Assembly (NCBI RefSeq): GCF_006345805.1
Contig: NC_042997.1
Coordinates: 5,022,001-5,086,000, forward strand
Direction of reading: 5' to 3'
Source of the DNA: Octopus sinensis
Lineage: Eukaryota
DNA length: 64,000 nucleotides
Shown here: positions 1 through 14,469 of the stretch, in pieces
Layout: the number at the start of each line of letters is the position of its first letter
Numbering within the stretch: the stretch's first letter is position 1
Program-made: the position numbers and the translations under genes
Notes under the pieces: generated by a model
What the model saw: the letters and a program-made list of their open reading frames with translations, nothing else
Told to the model about the DNA's origin: nothing
Databases searched by the model: none

Positions 1-1101
1 GTACACCATCACAGTCAGAGAAACACAAACACACGGCATAAAGGTACCCCTGCCCCATGCACACTGGAATATTTCTCTCAAACGAAACTCATTCACCAAT
101 GTACACACACTAATACACTAACATTTACACGGACACTCGCACCAACGCAGCTTTGTATGTCCACTCATCCTATGTGTCAACCATACAAGTTGCAGTGAAG
201 CAATCACAGCTAAATCATAAACACAGAGAAACTTGCACAATACATAACGGAATACATTTTCTCTACGGTCATACACAAGCACACAGGTAAACATGTGTTG
301 CTTCTTTTAGTTTTCGTATTTTCCAGTTGTGTTCCCTGTCTATTATTTTAGCTTCATCCCACAGGGGGAGGTGGTCTACATTAATCCATGCCTGATCAGC
401 CATACCCGATTTATCAATATATCCTCGTGTCACAGCTTCGTGATGTTCGTCTACTTTATTTTGAGGGGGCAGCATGTTTTGCTTTTGTATTACCTACAAC
501 AGCTGGATAGGCGGCAGTACACGCAGCTTTTGGTTATATTCTCTTCTATTGGTGGTTTTACCCGAAGGAGGTATTTACGAAATCTTGTATTACTCTTGAA
601 TACTGCGCTGATGTCATATGGGTAGATATCTTTTGTATCTTTTCGGAGAGGCCTTTCACATATGGTAGACAGACAGTAGACAGTTTATCTTCTCTTTTCT
701 TCATAATTTGAGTGAATAGTATAAATTGGGGGTAGTTGTTGCTTAACAGACCATTATTGAGCTTGATCATTTCCTCGTAGTGTGTATCACGATCGCTTAC
801 TTATATTCTTTGCACGATGTTTTAGGCACTGAGCAATCCCTCTCCTTACACTGTGTGGATGATGTGAATTGAATTTAAGGTATCGTCCAGTGATGGTCGG
901 CTTGCGGTATACGGATATCCTGAATCCATACTTGGTGCGTGTTATTAATGCGTCAAGGAATGCCAGACGATTGCCTTTTTCCGTTTCCGTTGTGAACTGT
1001 ATGGATGGCTTTATTGAGTTCACATGATCTAACAACACTTGGGCATCTTCCCTGGGTGGTCAGAGTATAAGGGTGTCATCAACATATCGTAGCAACAGAG
1101 T
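1..1101 (-). mobile_element. 5'-truncated Penelope-like retroelement (RT C-terminus + GIY-YIG relic), frameshifted
   Basis: Minus strand reads LLRYVDDT (YVDD at 1075-1086), then IQFTTETEKGNRLAFLDALITR...VYRKPT...YLKFNSHHP (787-1038), LPYVKGLSEKI (558-770) and EAKIIDREHNWKIRKLKEA (269-475), all typical PLE RT-thumb and endonuclease C-terminal motifs. The 3' UTR runs off the window start. Confidence 0.85.
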
Positions 1102-1203
1102 CAATTTAATACCGGGACATAATATTTAAATGGAGTTAACTATTAGCTCTATTGAAATAAGATACACTGGATTCTATTTTGAGCTTACGCTTCTTCTCTC
1201 GAT

Positions 1204-1312
1204 AACACGCACAGACGCATACATACCCACACACACTGATACGCGTACACACACACGTACACACACACGCACGTACACACACATACGTATCCACACACGT
1301 ACACAGACATAT
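1204..1312. repeat. imperfect (CA)n microsatellite
   Basis: Direct reading of the sequence. Confidence 0.9.
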
Positions 1313-4300
1313 ATTTAAAAGATCACATCCATTTCTCCTTATGTATTTTATTAAGGCGGTAACCTTTTTGTGTAGGTGCTCAATATAAAATGAAGTTTCC
1401 TTGTCAAACCAAGATGTATTTATGTCAAAGTATATGAGGAAGAAGATAATAGTGATAGAATTTTATTGATAGCGGTGATCATAAGTAATATGCGATTACA
1501 GTGTTCATAGGTAATATTGATTTCTTGATATAGCACCAGACGACATAAATGAGTATACTTGGTACAGTTGACTGGTTTTGATGTTAGCTGATATTCGCAA
1601 AATGGACAACGATGCAATTTAAGCATGCAGCTTTTGAAAGCGTAGTTAATTAATTCAATGCATTTCGTGTGACACTATAACAATTCTGAGTTGCAAGCGA
1701 CATATTGTCTTGTTTGAGATGAATTTGATACGTTTACTATTGAATACATTATTCAAGAAATGAATTAGTGAATTTAGGTTTGAAATTATGTTGATAAGAT
1801 ACTGTTAATGTACACGGTAGTGGTAATAAAGATAATATCGTCGGAAATGGGAAGGGTAATAATGTTTGAAGGAACATTTTTGTTTAGAATTATGACGACG
1901 TTGTTAGAAAGGCTGGTACTTGTATCCATAATATAAATCTATGTAGGGATGTATTGAGATGGTTCTGAGCGTAATGCAAAAGTGGTATTTTGTTAACTAA
2001 TAGAGGTAGTTAAAATTACAAATGTTACAAAGGTCATATTCAACCGAGTCTCTACACGAAACGATGCATATTTAAATCTAACTCACCGGTTTTCTTTCAA
2101 AATATTCAGGTGTGCACTTATTGACGGCTAACTTCAGACAATTTGTGTCAAGAAAGTGTTGTCCCAAATACTGCGCTTTATTGAACTAAAAACGAGGCAC
2201 GCAAATGCATGTGATCCCGGAGTGTCATGATTAATAGGGTTTGTTTTCAGTTTTTCCAGCATCTTGTTTCTAAAGGCTTCCCTAAACTTTTGGTGTGTAT
2301 CTCTACAATGGTTAATGTTAACGGTACAGAAAATCAGAGAATGACGCCTTTATTGTCCACATTACTTTTCGTGTCGATCGGTTGCTCTTGAATTTCTTTG
2401 GGCTTGGAAATGAGGTGAAATGCTATTCTATGGAGCAAGATTTTATTTCTATCATAAACTGAGCTTGCGTTACTTTCTCTCTTGCGAAATGATAAACAGT
2501 GTCTTCATTGGCTGTAAACACCTTCAGAGCATACGCCGCATGACTTTCCTCTACGTGAGGTATCGGCTGCCGAGGTCACTTCATTGCACACCCATCTTTT
2601 TGTGTAGCAACTCACGAAATGTGCGTTGTTTATCTGCTCTTGCCGATTTATACTGTGTGATTTTCGTCAGTGTTTCCCGCTTTTTAAACTTTCTTTATCG
2701 CTATCTGAACGTTGCTCATATGAATGGTAATAACTCTATCAACAAATTATAGCTTCTGGTTTTTATTTTATAGAGGATGAACAGTCTGTACCCACCACCG
2801 TCGTCAACAACTCACTGTTGGTATACAGTGCTTCTGCATGAACAGGATCGAGACTTTCGATAAAGAAAGTGTTATTCCAACAACGTTTGCATTTTAAATA
2901 ACCCAAGGCGGTTACCGCTGAGAGCTAACTGAAAAATGTATGCATACTTTTGAATTTTTCTGTACAACCCTTGCATTTGGAAACGCAACTGAAAGTGAGA
3001 ATAATTTTATGAATAATGCAGCGTTTATCATAAGCTTTCTGTTGGCCGCAATTTGTGAAACTGGAAGATCAGTCCTAAGTTTTGTTTAGTGGCTAAGATG
3101 TTGCACTTGAATTCCTGACGACTCTGGCATTGAGAGAGGGATGGAGGGAGAGAAAGATGCATTGGTCCAGTGACAACGAAACTAATTCTATCAGAACTTG
3201 GAATCTATTGCCGACTGCATCCATCATCAAAACATTTGAGTTACGAGAGATACCTCCGATTTCTTCGATAGAATATTGACATGATGTGTAGCTTGTCTTT
3301 AACGTAAAATTACTTTTTATGACCTGGATGGGACAAGTGGCAACGCAAGTCCCTCGAAAAGACTTCTAAATCCCTTGCCAGCTGATTTTCGTCCTTCACC
3401 ACATTACGATTAGTGTGCATGTGTGGGTATGCGAATATTGTATATTTTTATTTTCGTTATTTGACGCTTTCTTTTATAGAAAAAAATTATAAACTCTCCC
3501 TTCAGCTTAGATCAAGAAGCATTTAAGCGCTACATGTTGAAGATTAGAGAACTAACATAAAATTCCATTTCTGCAAATCAATTGAATATGAATTACGAGG
3601 TCGATGACATTTTTCCTTGCCTGAAAACTTTCAGATAAGCTTAAGACGCGTGGAAATAATTGTTATTAACACAAGGTAAAGTATAATCTGTGTAGTGATG
3701 ATATCGGTTTCGAAGCTGGCATCATAAATATTCTCTTTCATTTTAATATGTTTATCTTCAATGGGCTTTTATCCAGTATAACGGGAATATCTGTCTGAGT
3801 AATCAGAAAAACGTGGGCGTGTCTCTTTATTTCATTTGCGTGACAATTTGCGCATCATGCTCTTATGACTAAGGAAAAGGCTATTTATTATGATTCTTGG
3901 TATGCAGTGTACCATAAGATACTTTGGGCACCAACTCCTACAGAAATTTTGTTGTTGAATCAAATATCATCCGTCAAAAAGTGTAACTTGAAATACTTTA
4001 ACTTAATTCGTAAAACGTCATGTTATTATCCATCTATAAGCAGTCGGTTAACTTACTTTCGGGGATATTGAAGATTTCCTGTAAAATTACATTGGCTACA
4101 ATCTAACTGTCGGTGTTCATATTAATAAACAAATGTAAATATATTGCTGTGTTATGCTGTTATTATTGTTAAATGAAATTCATTGAAGTGACCCCTCCGC
4201 ATCCTTAATATTTCCTGTTGCAATTTTCCTTTTGTGTGCAGTTAACCCGATTTGATTTGTAATGTATAATTATTTCCGGCAATTATTGTGTGCAATACGG

Positions 4301-5935
4301 AAACTAGAGAGATTAATTATTATATGTTTATCCTGGCCGCCTAATTTGCTACTTACAACTATAAAGTACGAGTATTTCTCTTGGGTAAATGCGGATTTAA
4401 TTCGATTTTAGACGTAAAAAAGTATTTTAACCATTACTAGTGAAAGTTTAGAAATAGAATATTACGGGTAATATTGGTATTTCTTTGTGTTTCAAATTAT
4501 AGTATTTAATTAAATGTACCGGTTGCAAAATTGGGATTAAATACCTTACCTAGATAAATGAAACAACGAATTCGCGCTTGTTTTCGTATATTCTCGTGTT
4601 TAAAGTAGGAACTTCCTGACGTTGTCTTTGATGGAAAGGATAATGTTTAACGTGGTGTTCGTTGGAATTTCAATGGAAAAAACTAATAACTCTGAGATAG
4701 GGAGTTTTGTTTAATGTCATGATTCATCTAAATATGAGTGGCTGATATGTCAAACAAACATGCTAAACGCATAATGAATCTTTACTACCATAATGATCGA
4801 TGTCCCTTTGTTTCAGGAAGCAATAGCTTAATAAATAAAAGCCCTTAAGCGCACTGTTGCAAATTTTCCTTTCCATCTACATGCTCATAAGTAACCACGA
4901 TGTGAGGGAGTTTTAATCAATCGGTTGGAAGGAGTTATATAATCATTTTACATAAAGTGTACAGAAAATGTGATTTGATCAGTATATTTTTAACTGAATA
5001 ATTTTTTAAGATATAACAAGTTTATTCACCAAGGCAAATTGATGTGCCATGTATTGTATACGAAATGCATTGATTCAACATATTCGTTTTTATTAAACGA
5101 AATATTTATGACATACTTCATGCGATCTACTTTAATGCTGATCTTCGTGTAGCATTTCTTTCTGAAAATATTTAGCCATATTGAGCAATCCAGACGTTAA
5201 ATAAATTAATATCTCCGTCTCTGATATTTTTACAAAGTAATATATTCCAATATTATGAAACGTATAGTGTTACTAGGCTAGAAACAATATGTTGTTAACC
5301 TTCGCCCTAGTTTCTGGCTTTGGTAATGGCGTGTTTCACTAAGCCTTTAGAAAAGTGCTCACAGAATTTTGATTTCTTTTTCTATCCTAAATAATTAGAA
5401 TATACAAATATATATTCTTTGTAATATGCGAGGGGTGTTCATTAAAGATTGAAGGTAAGTGAGTGGTCCGTGGAAAAATCCGAGGTAAAGTCTGCGCTGA
5501 AAACGCAACCTACCCACGTCTAGAGACCAGGCCTTCGCAGCTGCATAAATCAATAAGAGAAGTGTGTCACCATTACATGTGGCTATGTATACAAGGACTA
5601 ATAATTATGCGAAGTTTCGTTTATCCCAGCTTGTGACAAGTTGTCAGGGGAAAACTTTTATGAACACTTCTTGTACGTCAGTAAACCGTGTTGTTTTCTT
5701 TCTTGTTGTATTACTTTGGTCTCTAAATTTAAATTGGTTCGCTTCTGGAATGAATTGTTCTTTGAAATATTTAGTAGTAATTCTCACGATAACGTCTGTT
5801 TGGGTAAGTATCGCTCGTCATACATAAGAAATGCAAAGAGAGAAAAACTGCAGAAAGAATGGCTTGATTTGTTCAGCAGCGCGCTATTTAAGTTACTAGA
5901 GTATCGGCAAGAACCTCTGAACGTAAATTTACGAG

Positions 5936-5938
<3 letters not shown>

Positions 5939-5989
<51 letters not shown>

Positions 5990-6160
5990 ATGTGTGTGTG
6001 TGTGTTTACGTATTTTGACACAAATTAAATTCAAATGTTGTAGAGAATCTAACATTTTTGCGTGTTCATAAATGGCTAATAAACATCTTCACGTGCAATT
6101 GTTTTTGTTTCAGCACACGATTTGAGATCAAGTCACTTGCTATACATATCCGTAATACAT

Positions 6161-6227
<67 letters not shown>

Positions 6228-6239
6228 ATATATATATAC

Positions 6240-6335
<96 letters not shown>
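5939..6335. repeat. two compound (TA)n/(TG)n/(CA)n microsatellites (5939-6005, ~6158-6335)
   Basis: Direct reading; accounts for the YIYI/CVCV ORFs in the track. Confidence 0.9.
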
Positions 6336-6336
<1 letters not shown>

Positions 6337-7480
6337 TGAGACAAATTAGAAAATGCTAAAATAATTTTATCATGAGCATTTTAGTACCAGTTTCAGGCTT
6401 TTCAACTTTTTCAACTTGGAGTAAATCAAGGAAAGCAATTATATTGTGGATAGATTAAATTAAATATTATTTTTTAATATTTCCATAGCTTTCAAATAGG
6501 TGGTGCATTTTCCTTTTCTCTGACTATCTCACTTTTTCTTTTCTGAAGGCTCGGTAAGTAGACAGTAGAAGATCTGAAAAAAAATATTTAGTATGAGGGA
6601 TGTTGGTTCTGGATATTGATTAAGTAGCAGTGACCGAGGAAAGAGATGGTGAAGATGAAGAAAAAAGAAGAAGAAGAGGAGAGGAGGAGGAGGAGGAGGA
6701 AAATAATGGTATGACAGTAATAGACTGTTCGTACAGTCTTCTTGAATGGCCAAGTGACCTGTTGTTATTTTAGCAGTAATGACTGGAATTGATCTAAATA
6801 AATTAGTGGGTAGCGACTGTTCTGAACGTATCGTTTTTAATATTTGCATGGGTATTATTCTAAGATCCTTCTAGTAGTGCAATCAGTGGTGAGAGCATTC
6901 ACAAATGTTTATATTCTGCGATTAAATATGATTCTTTGCTAATGTGTTCATTATAGGTTGCATCGTCTCTGAATTCATAGAGGGGAATAATTCTGAAGCT
7001 GGGCAGTCCGTTAGTGGCGCAGATGTCCATATGTTCAGTAAATGTTATTTTTCTGTATTCTTATATTTTAATATGGTCTCTATGTAGGACCATCTTCTGG
7101 TGTAGACTGTATTTGGTTTGGCCTAAGTATTGCTCGTGTCACCCTCAGCAAGTTAACAAGTATATTAGGTCTTCCGAAGCATATGTGAAATTGTTTTCTG
7201 CTGTAACATGTTGACCGTGTTTGAAGGAGAACTCCGATCCCTCAATTACGTTGGCGCATAGAACACAGTTACGTCTTCCGCAATTTTTACTGACGATATC
7301 AATGCTGTTGACGAGAGTACTTGGGCTTAGGTCAGAATACTTTTCATTGACTAGGGTTGTCATGCACTTTATGATCGAGTGCGTTTGGAAGAATGACTGT
7401 GGTTCCTTTTTAGTAGGGGATTGTTCGGTGGATGGTGTCGAAGTCTTCATTGTCAAGGGGGTTGTCTGTGTATGTACGTG
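6337..7480 (-). mobile_element. degenerate PLE 3' end with Cys-rich GIY-YIG endonuclease relic (Neptune-like)
   Basis: ORF 7145-7600 contains KNCGRRNCVLC...NNFTYASEDLIYLLTC, continuing past a stop as GCHEQYLGQT. Same motif set as 62449-62742. The 3' end abuts (TA)n at ~6337, with a GAAAC-TG-GTA-ctaaaa hammerhead-like remnant at ~6380-6395. Confidence 0.7.
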
Positions 7481-7989
7481 TTTATATATGTATGTGTATA
7501 TATATATATATATCTGTATGCATGACGTTTCCATATGCATTCGTTTCAGAACAAAGCTGATAGATTCTGTAATTGCTTTTCTAAAAGTGTATATATCCAT
7601 GCATGTACTTACATGTGTATCAACAGATTTACATACTTATCTATGACCACGTAAAACGACATTCATACAAAATGCACATGTTTATCTTAATATATCCTAT
7701 GTCTTTATGTGCATCGTTAATACGCTTTTTAAGTTTTTGAGTGTGAAAGTTTGTGAGGATACTTTGGATTTTTTCTGAGGGCATAATTGAAATCAATATT
7801 GTCGAGTTTGTTTGCTTTGTTTTTGCTGTTGACTGTCATCACTGCTTCATCGGGTTCTAGAATACTATATGAAGCTGCTCTTTAAATGATGCTTGTTGGA
7901 CAAGGGTCAGTAGTGAAATATAGTACGCATCTTTCGATTCCTTTTGCCATATCTTTTACATTGTTGATAAATATCATATAGATGTGCGT

Positions 7990-8273
<284 letters not shown>

Positions 8274-8279
<6 letters not shown>

Positions 8280-9798
8280 AAAAATGGTAAGTAATTTTTC
8301 AGTGGTTTTTTACCGGTAAATTTCGGTATGTAAATATGACAAATTCATCGTCAGGAACTTCTGGAAAGTTCATTATATAGTGAAAATAATTAAAGGGCGG
8401 GTAACAGGCTGCTTCGCCGCATACCGAAGGAATTAGAAATGGCAGTCAAAGACTGTTTTTTCCATTTTCTATAAGTGGATTTTCCAAATACGACGAACCC
8501 TGCGATTCACATACGCAAAAACGGAGTAGCAAATAAACGAAAACAATCTCTTACCGTTAATGGTGAACATGTTTCTGGATCACAAGCTCGAAAATAGCTT
8601 GATTTCCTTTATCAACACCATATTCGATCGTTTAACAAATGCCACAAGCCCTCACTTCTGACCAAGCGACATCAGATAGTGGGGGGAGGTGTGCATATGT
8701 TAAAACTAAGTAATGGCTGAGAACGTAAATTTTCCCTCCAAAATTCTGCCGTGCGCGCCGCCTGGCCGATCGCAATGGAATAAGAAGTCCACATGGTAAT
8801 ACAATAAAAATGGTAAATAATTTTTCAGTGGTTTTTTACCGGTAAATTTCGGTATGTAAATATGACAAATTCATCGTCAGGAACTTATGGAAAGTTCATT
8901 ATATAGTGAAAATAATTAAAGGGCGGGCAACAGGCTGCTTCGCCCCATATGCACACCTCCCCCCACTATCTGATGTCGCTTGGTCAGAATTGAGGGCTTG
9001 TGGCATTTGGTAAATCTATCGAATATGGTGTTGATAAAGGAAATCAAGCTATTTTCGAGCTTGTGATCCAGAAACATGGTCATCATTAACGGTAAGAGAT
9101 TGTCTTCGTTTATTTGCTACTCCGTTTTTGCGTATGTGAATCGCAGGGTTCGTCGTATTTGGAAAATCCACTTATAGAAAATGGAAAAAACAGTCTTTGA
9201 CTGCCATTTCTAATTCCTTCGGTATGCGGCGAAGCAGCCTGTTGCCCGCCCTTTAATTATTTTCACTATATAATGAACTTTCCAGAAGTTCCTGACGATG
9301 AATTTGTCATATTTACATACCGAAATTTACCGGTAAAAAACCACTGAAAAATTATTTACCATTTTTATTGTATTACCATGTGGACTTCTTATTCCATTCC
9401 GATCGGCCAGGCGGCGCGCACGGCAGAATTTTGGAGGGAAAATTTACGTTCTCAGTCATTACTTAGTTTTAACATATGCACACCTCCCCCCACTATCTGA
9501 TGTCGCCTGGTCAGAAGTGAGGGCTTGTGGCATTTGTTAAACTATCGAATATGGTGTTGATAAAGGAAATCAAGCTATTTTCGAGCTTGTGATCCAGAAA
9601 CATGTTCATCATTAACGGTAAGAGATTGTTTTCGTTTATTTGCTACTCCATTTTTGCGTATGTGAATCGCAGGGTTCGTCGTATTTGGAAAATCCACTTA
9701 TAGAAAATGGAAAAAACAGTCTTTGACTGCCATTTCTAATTCCTTCGGTATGCGGCGAAGCAGCTTGTTGCCCGCCCTTTAATTATTTTCACTATATA
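8274..9798. repeat. 526-bp unit array: ~1.3 forward units (8274-8944) joined to ~1.6 inverted units (8946-9798), embedded in (TA)n
   Basis: tacaataaaaatggta recurs at 8274 and 8800 (period 526). 8946-9371 is the reverse complement of 8274-8699, and the inverted array continues through 9798. Copies differ by only scattered substitutions. Confidence 0.92.
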
Positions 9799-10499
9799 TA
9801 TATATATATATATAGCATATGTATGTATGTATGTATGTGTATGAGTGAGCGCGTGTGTCTGTGAATGTACATTGAATGTGTAATCCATAGAATGGAATGT
9901 TACTTTTCCATCATTTAGGAATTCTCTAACTTCTGTCAGATGCTTTAATGTAATTTATTTTCACTATAATACAAAACACTACGTTTATTAACAATAACAA
10001 TATGTTTGTACACATATTAATAAACGGTAAAGAAATAACAACGTAAATTGGATATTGGGAGGGCCTTTTATAAAAGTATATATCCTTGAGGCACTTGCGA
10101 TATTTATAAGTAGATTTTCACAGATTACATTCATATTTCACAGACTATATTCTCAGACAAAATGTAATCATCGGCATCGTGTCCTTTTCTTTTCCCTCAA
10201 ATAACTTATTGAAATCTGTAACAAAGGCCAACATCAGAGGTGAAAACACAGCCAGCGCTCAGGCTTGGGGATATATCGGCTCGGTCGCAGCTGCCTTTAA
10301 ATGGTGCCTGTACAAACACAGGTCTTGTTTCAGAATTTCTAACACATTAGTCCTAGTCATATTTCGTAACAATTTTAGTTTTCCTTGTTGGTAAAACATA
10401 TCTTATTGTTGCTTATATCAATTTTATATAGATGTGTGAGTGTGTGTCTCTGTGTCTGTGTGTGTGTGTATACGATGAATTGCCGTCAGTTTCTGCCTA

Positions 10500-12330
10500 C
10501 CATGTTGCATCAAAAAGCAACATTATTGTAACGTAGATGATTATCATATCCCATATCAGTACTACTTTTCACGGCGATGACTTAAGAATTGAGGAAGATA
10601 TTTCTCTTGCTTCTAATATAAATAGGAAATATATTTTACAGTCTTACTTGTTCTCTTGTATATCCTTTTAGTATGGAATATATATTTGGAATAAAATGCT
10701 TATGTATAGTACTGTAAATCTGGTTATATGAGGGAGTATGAGATTAAATTGTTGAATCCATCATTCCCTGCATAGTGATTTTTGTTAACATTCCTTACTT
10801 TTTTTAATTGTAAAACTTATAAAAGCATACTGTCTAATTGTTAATCTAAAATTCCCCATCGCTTGAATTTGCAAAGATAAACTAGAATTATTTCCTCCTT
10901 TGGTTTTCCTAGAAACCCTTTGGAGGTCCAGCGGACTATATCTCAAAATAAGTTTCTTCAAAGTGCAATGACTTTCTTATAATTACGTGCAAATACTAAA
11001 TGTTAAATGAAATTATTTTGTAGCCTTAATTGGCTTCTGAAGCGAATAATATGCCACCTGTTGATTTACTAGTGCGTTTTTCTCACTATCAGCTGCTCAG
11101 TTTAAAATCGTCAACTAATCCTACAGTGAGTCATGTTTTCTTGCCTGATTTTTGAAATTTATTTTGTTTTCCTTGTTACAATCGTTTGGTAGACATTCTG
11201 TTCCTCATAACTACTACAAGCTACTTTATTTATTTAGTAACGTATTTATGTTACTGATCAAAGTTATCACTCTTGCAACCTTAGTCATTCCGACTTTTCT
11301 CTGAGAAATAGTACGCATTTTGAACTTCATTATTTATTACTAATTCTGAGCTTGTGAGGATTGTATGGTTCTACTAGAGTTGCAATAACTGAAGTCAATT
11401 ATTTTGTGATTGACATACCAAACAAACCTTTGACAGGGTTAAGTAAGCTAGTCTCATCAACTTGCTTATAACATTTCTAGCAGAATTACAAGATTAACTC
11501 AATGGTGTTTGGACAAACTTTGTACTTAAAATGTTTTTCAATGTTTCAATTTGCCTACATATTCACTAGGTATCCCTCAGTGTTCTAGTTTTGTTCGATC
11601 TTGTTCTAAGATTTTATTAACAATATCTTTCCTGGTGTGCTATCTGTGAAAATGACAATTGTATTTCTGCTTTAAATGGGAAAATTGTTTTATTTGACGA
11701 GGCTCAATTAGATCGTTTTGTTCAAGATATTTAATACTTGCTTGAGTTCGTTGATAGGTTTGAGTGTTATGTGACAGCCTCCAGTTAACAAAGAGTAAAG
11801 TAAGTTTCTTGACAATAAATTTTGCTTGAAATCCGGTGATATTCGTTTTACCTCCGATATTTGTACCTCCCTTATACACCTGACAACGTTTATGTAAAGC
11901 CGATGACATACGATATGTCAGTCGCCACATTTCTACCGTTAGAAACTAGCCCACATTCAGAGCTTAAGTGTTTCCTAGACTTTTATATCATATTATATCA
12001 TAGAAACATTTTGCAACTGCATTTGATTTGTTGAAAATATGTTTAAAGTTTATAGTTTCTATTGGTTAGGGTAGTAAATCTTGGAAGATTTTGTAAACCT
12101 TATTTTCTATGTAGCAATTGTTTTTAAAACATTTCTTTTTATCTGATTTTCAGCATTCGGCCCCACAGTAACAATATCATTTGAATTTCCGGGTATAAGT
12201 CCAACTATGCCACCTCAAGTTGATACCAATACTGTATGAAATGCGATTCACTGCGATTTTAGACCTGCAATCCTTTACGTGAACTTCAAGATACCATCTC
12301 AAATATTCAATGGAAGTCAGGAGGATTAAA
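10500..12330 (-). pseudogene. possible highly decayed APE-RT LINE relic
   Basis: Only faint motif echoes on the minus strand (VYKGGTNIG resembling VYRGADIGSDH; RYSPLDL resembling NYRPISLL); many stops. Confidence 0.3.
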
Positions 12331-12429
12331 AGGGCAAAACAGTGTCTTCTTTCCTTAAGAGATCATAATCCACTGTAAAAATATTTTTAAGGAGATTAAC
12401 TTCTCTGTTGGTGCTATTGTAAACAGTCA

Positions 12430-12940
12430 AAATGATCGGCATATTGCTGAATCACTGGCCTCTACAGAACAAAGCATCATGCTCAGGTGATGTTCTGGAG
12501 AATTGCGGTACCAGATGGCAAAATATATACCTTCAATTTTTCAAATCTGGTGAAAGAATCGGTGTTTATTATAATGCGTTAAGATGTAATGTCCTACGTT
12601 GGCTTAAGGCTCGTTACCATGAACGTAATTATGTATAAATTCAAGATGGAGCTCCATAAAGTTCATAAAGCCAAGAAAGTGCAAAAGATTTGAGAGGACA
12701 ATTTTGCTGATATTTGGCCCCAGTGGTTCTCATTCTAGCACTGAACATCTCAAACATGCTTTGAAAGAAGAAAGGCCCAAAATGCCTAAACATGCTATTA
12801 TAAAGATCTCTGGAACTTTCACTCGCCGTATCCAACTAGTGTTAATGACGGCGATCACAGTAAGCAGAATCTCTATTATATGCAGTAATAACTTGTGTAT
12901 AAATAATTTTCCTATATTTTGCCTCTACCATGTATAATAA
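12430..12940 (+). pseudogene. Tc1/mariner-superfamily transposase relic (catalytic domain)
   Basis: Reads ...FFKSGERIG.YYNALRCNVLRWLKARYHERNYV*IQDGAP..., matching the recalled pattern FK.GE.I....Y...L...VLPWLK..YP..NYV..QDGAP of Tc1/mariner (maT-like) transposases. Frameshifted; TIRs not identified. Confidence 0.65.
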
Positions 12941-14469
12941 GCCATTTTCAATTTTCATTTGGCTTTTACAAATTTTGCTTCCCAAATCTATAGATCAATG
13001 AATGCAAAGCTTATCTCGTTGTATAGTACACTCAGTAGCCAGGTAAAATTTGAAACTTTGGCACTGTTGTCTTGTCTCGCTCCATAAAATGGCATTGCAA
13101 CAGTTATACTTCAAAACAAAGTCTAACAGCAATTTACGTTAGAATAATAATGTTTTACTCTCCAAGTCGGTCACAATATTTTGGAATTAATGATGCTATT
13201 GTTTAAATGCATTAGGTTTTTGTTGTTTTTAGAAATATATGTTATTTTAAAGTATCGATAATGTTTATGTTCATGAATTTTCCACTTTTTTTTAGTAAAG
13301 TATTTATTCAAATTTCCGCCTTGATACATATATTCTAAACCTAATCTCGTTATAACTCCCTTAGCAGTCAGAGATAATGCAGCAGAAGTTTTGTCTAAAC
13401 TATTTAAATGATTTCTTCTTTCTAAACGTTTAAAATGGCTACAATTGGCTATCATTCAAATATACTTCATACCGATGAACACATTTAATATTTCACTTGG
13501 GAGTTAGAACATCAACTGAAAAATAAAAGACCTAAGCATGAAATAAGCTATAATGAAATTGGAAAAGCGATTTTTTGATAGCCGTACTTAAAATTGTTCC
13601 GGAAAATTTAGTTTGCACATGAAAGGTACCTTTGATTTTTTTAATGTAAAATGTAAAGCGAAATTGTATATATTTATCATATCATGTGTTGGGAGAATAT
13701 AAATTTCTCTATTCGTGTACTGTTAATTTTTATATTATAGTTTTTATTATGCTTTTATTTGTATCACTCTTTGGGGTTAGGTAAAAAAATAATCAAAATT
13801 ACATCGTGCTTAAATCATTTTACAAAAATGAGAGAATTTATTAGCAATATTTTTACACTTAGGGAAAAGGTGAAATTATCTCATGTTACATATATTTATT
13901 AATGTGTTGTATGCTTTACTCATATAATACACTAAACAATTTACATAATAAAAAAGTTATATTTTCTTGCATTTCTTAACTGCGTATATATGAGTTTCAA
14001 AATTGATTCGCAGAAGCATTGAAAAAAAACCGCCCGAGGCATTCACGTTATTTAGAAAAAAATGTCTTCTATTACATGCTGAAGTTCTTTTTGCGATATT
14101 GCAGATTAACAAAAATATTTGGTTCAGGATAGGTGTTGATTCTTTGGAGTATATTAATATATATACTGTTTTTTTTTTTTTCGTTGGAAGCAAACCTACT
14201 CCCGATAGCAATTGGTCATGATTATAAAGTTATATATCTATATGAAATTAGATTCCTGTGTATTGTTATAATGCAGTTTGTTTTAAAAGCTGGCACCATG
14301 GACTGTAGTGATATACACATATAGATAAAGAATTTCATTTAAAGGTGAAATTAGTTTTGAAAAATACTAGTCTATGTGGGAGAATATCAACTTCGACCAG
14401 CAGATCGATGGACAGATTCACACAGACAGACATAGCACTTTCATTTGAGCTTACTTTACATCTTGATTC

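Noticed and set aside
5426-5460. gcgaggggtgttcattaaag resembling a mariner TIR
   Set aside because: No partner TIR or transposase motif found nearby; at most an isolated relic.
10141-10394. Possible host exon after tttcacag (YILRQNVIIGIVSF...AWGYIGSVAAAFKW)
   Set aside because: Plausible acceptor, but no convincing donor, no recognisable protein family and no partner exons.
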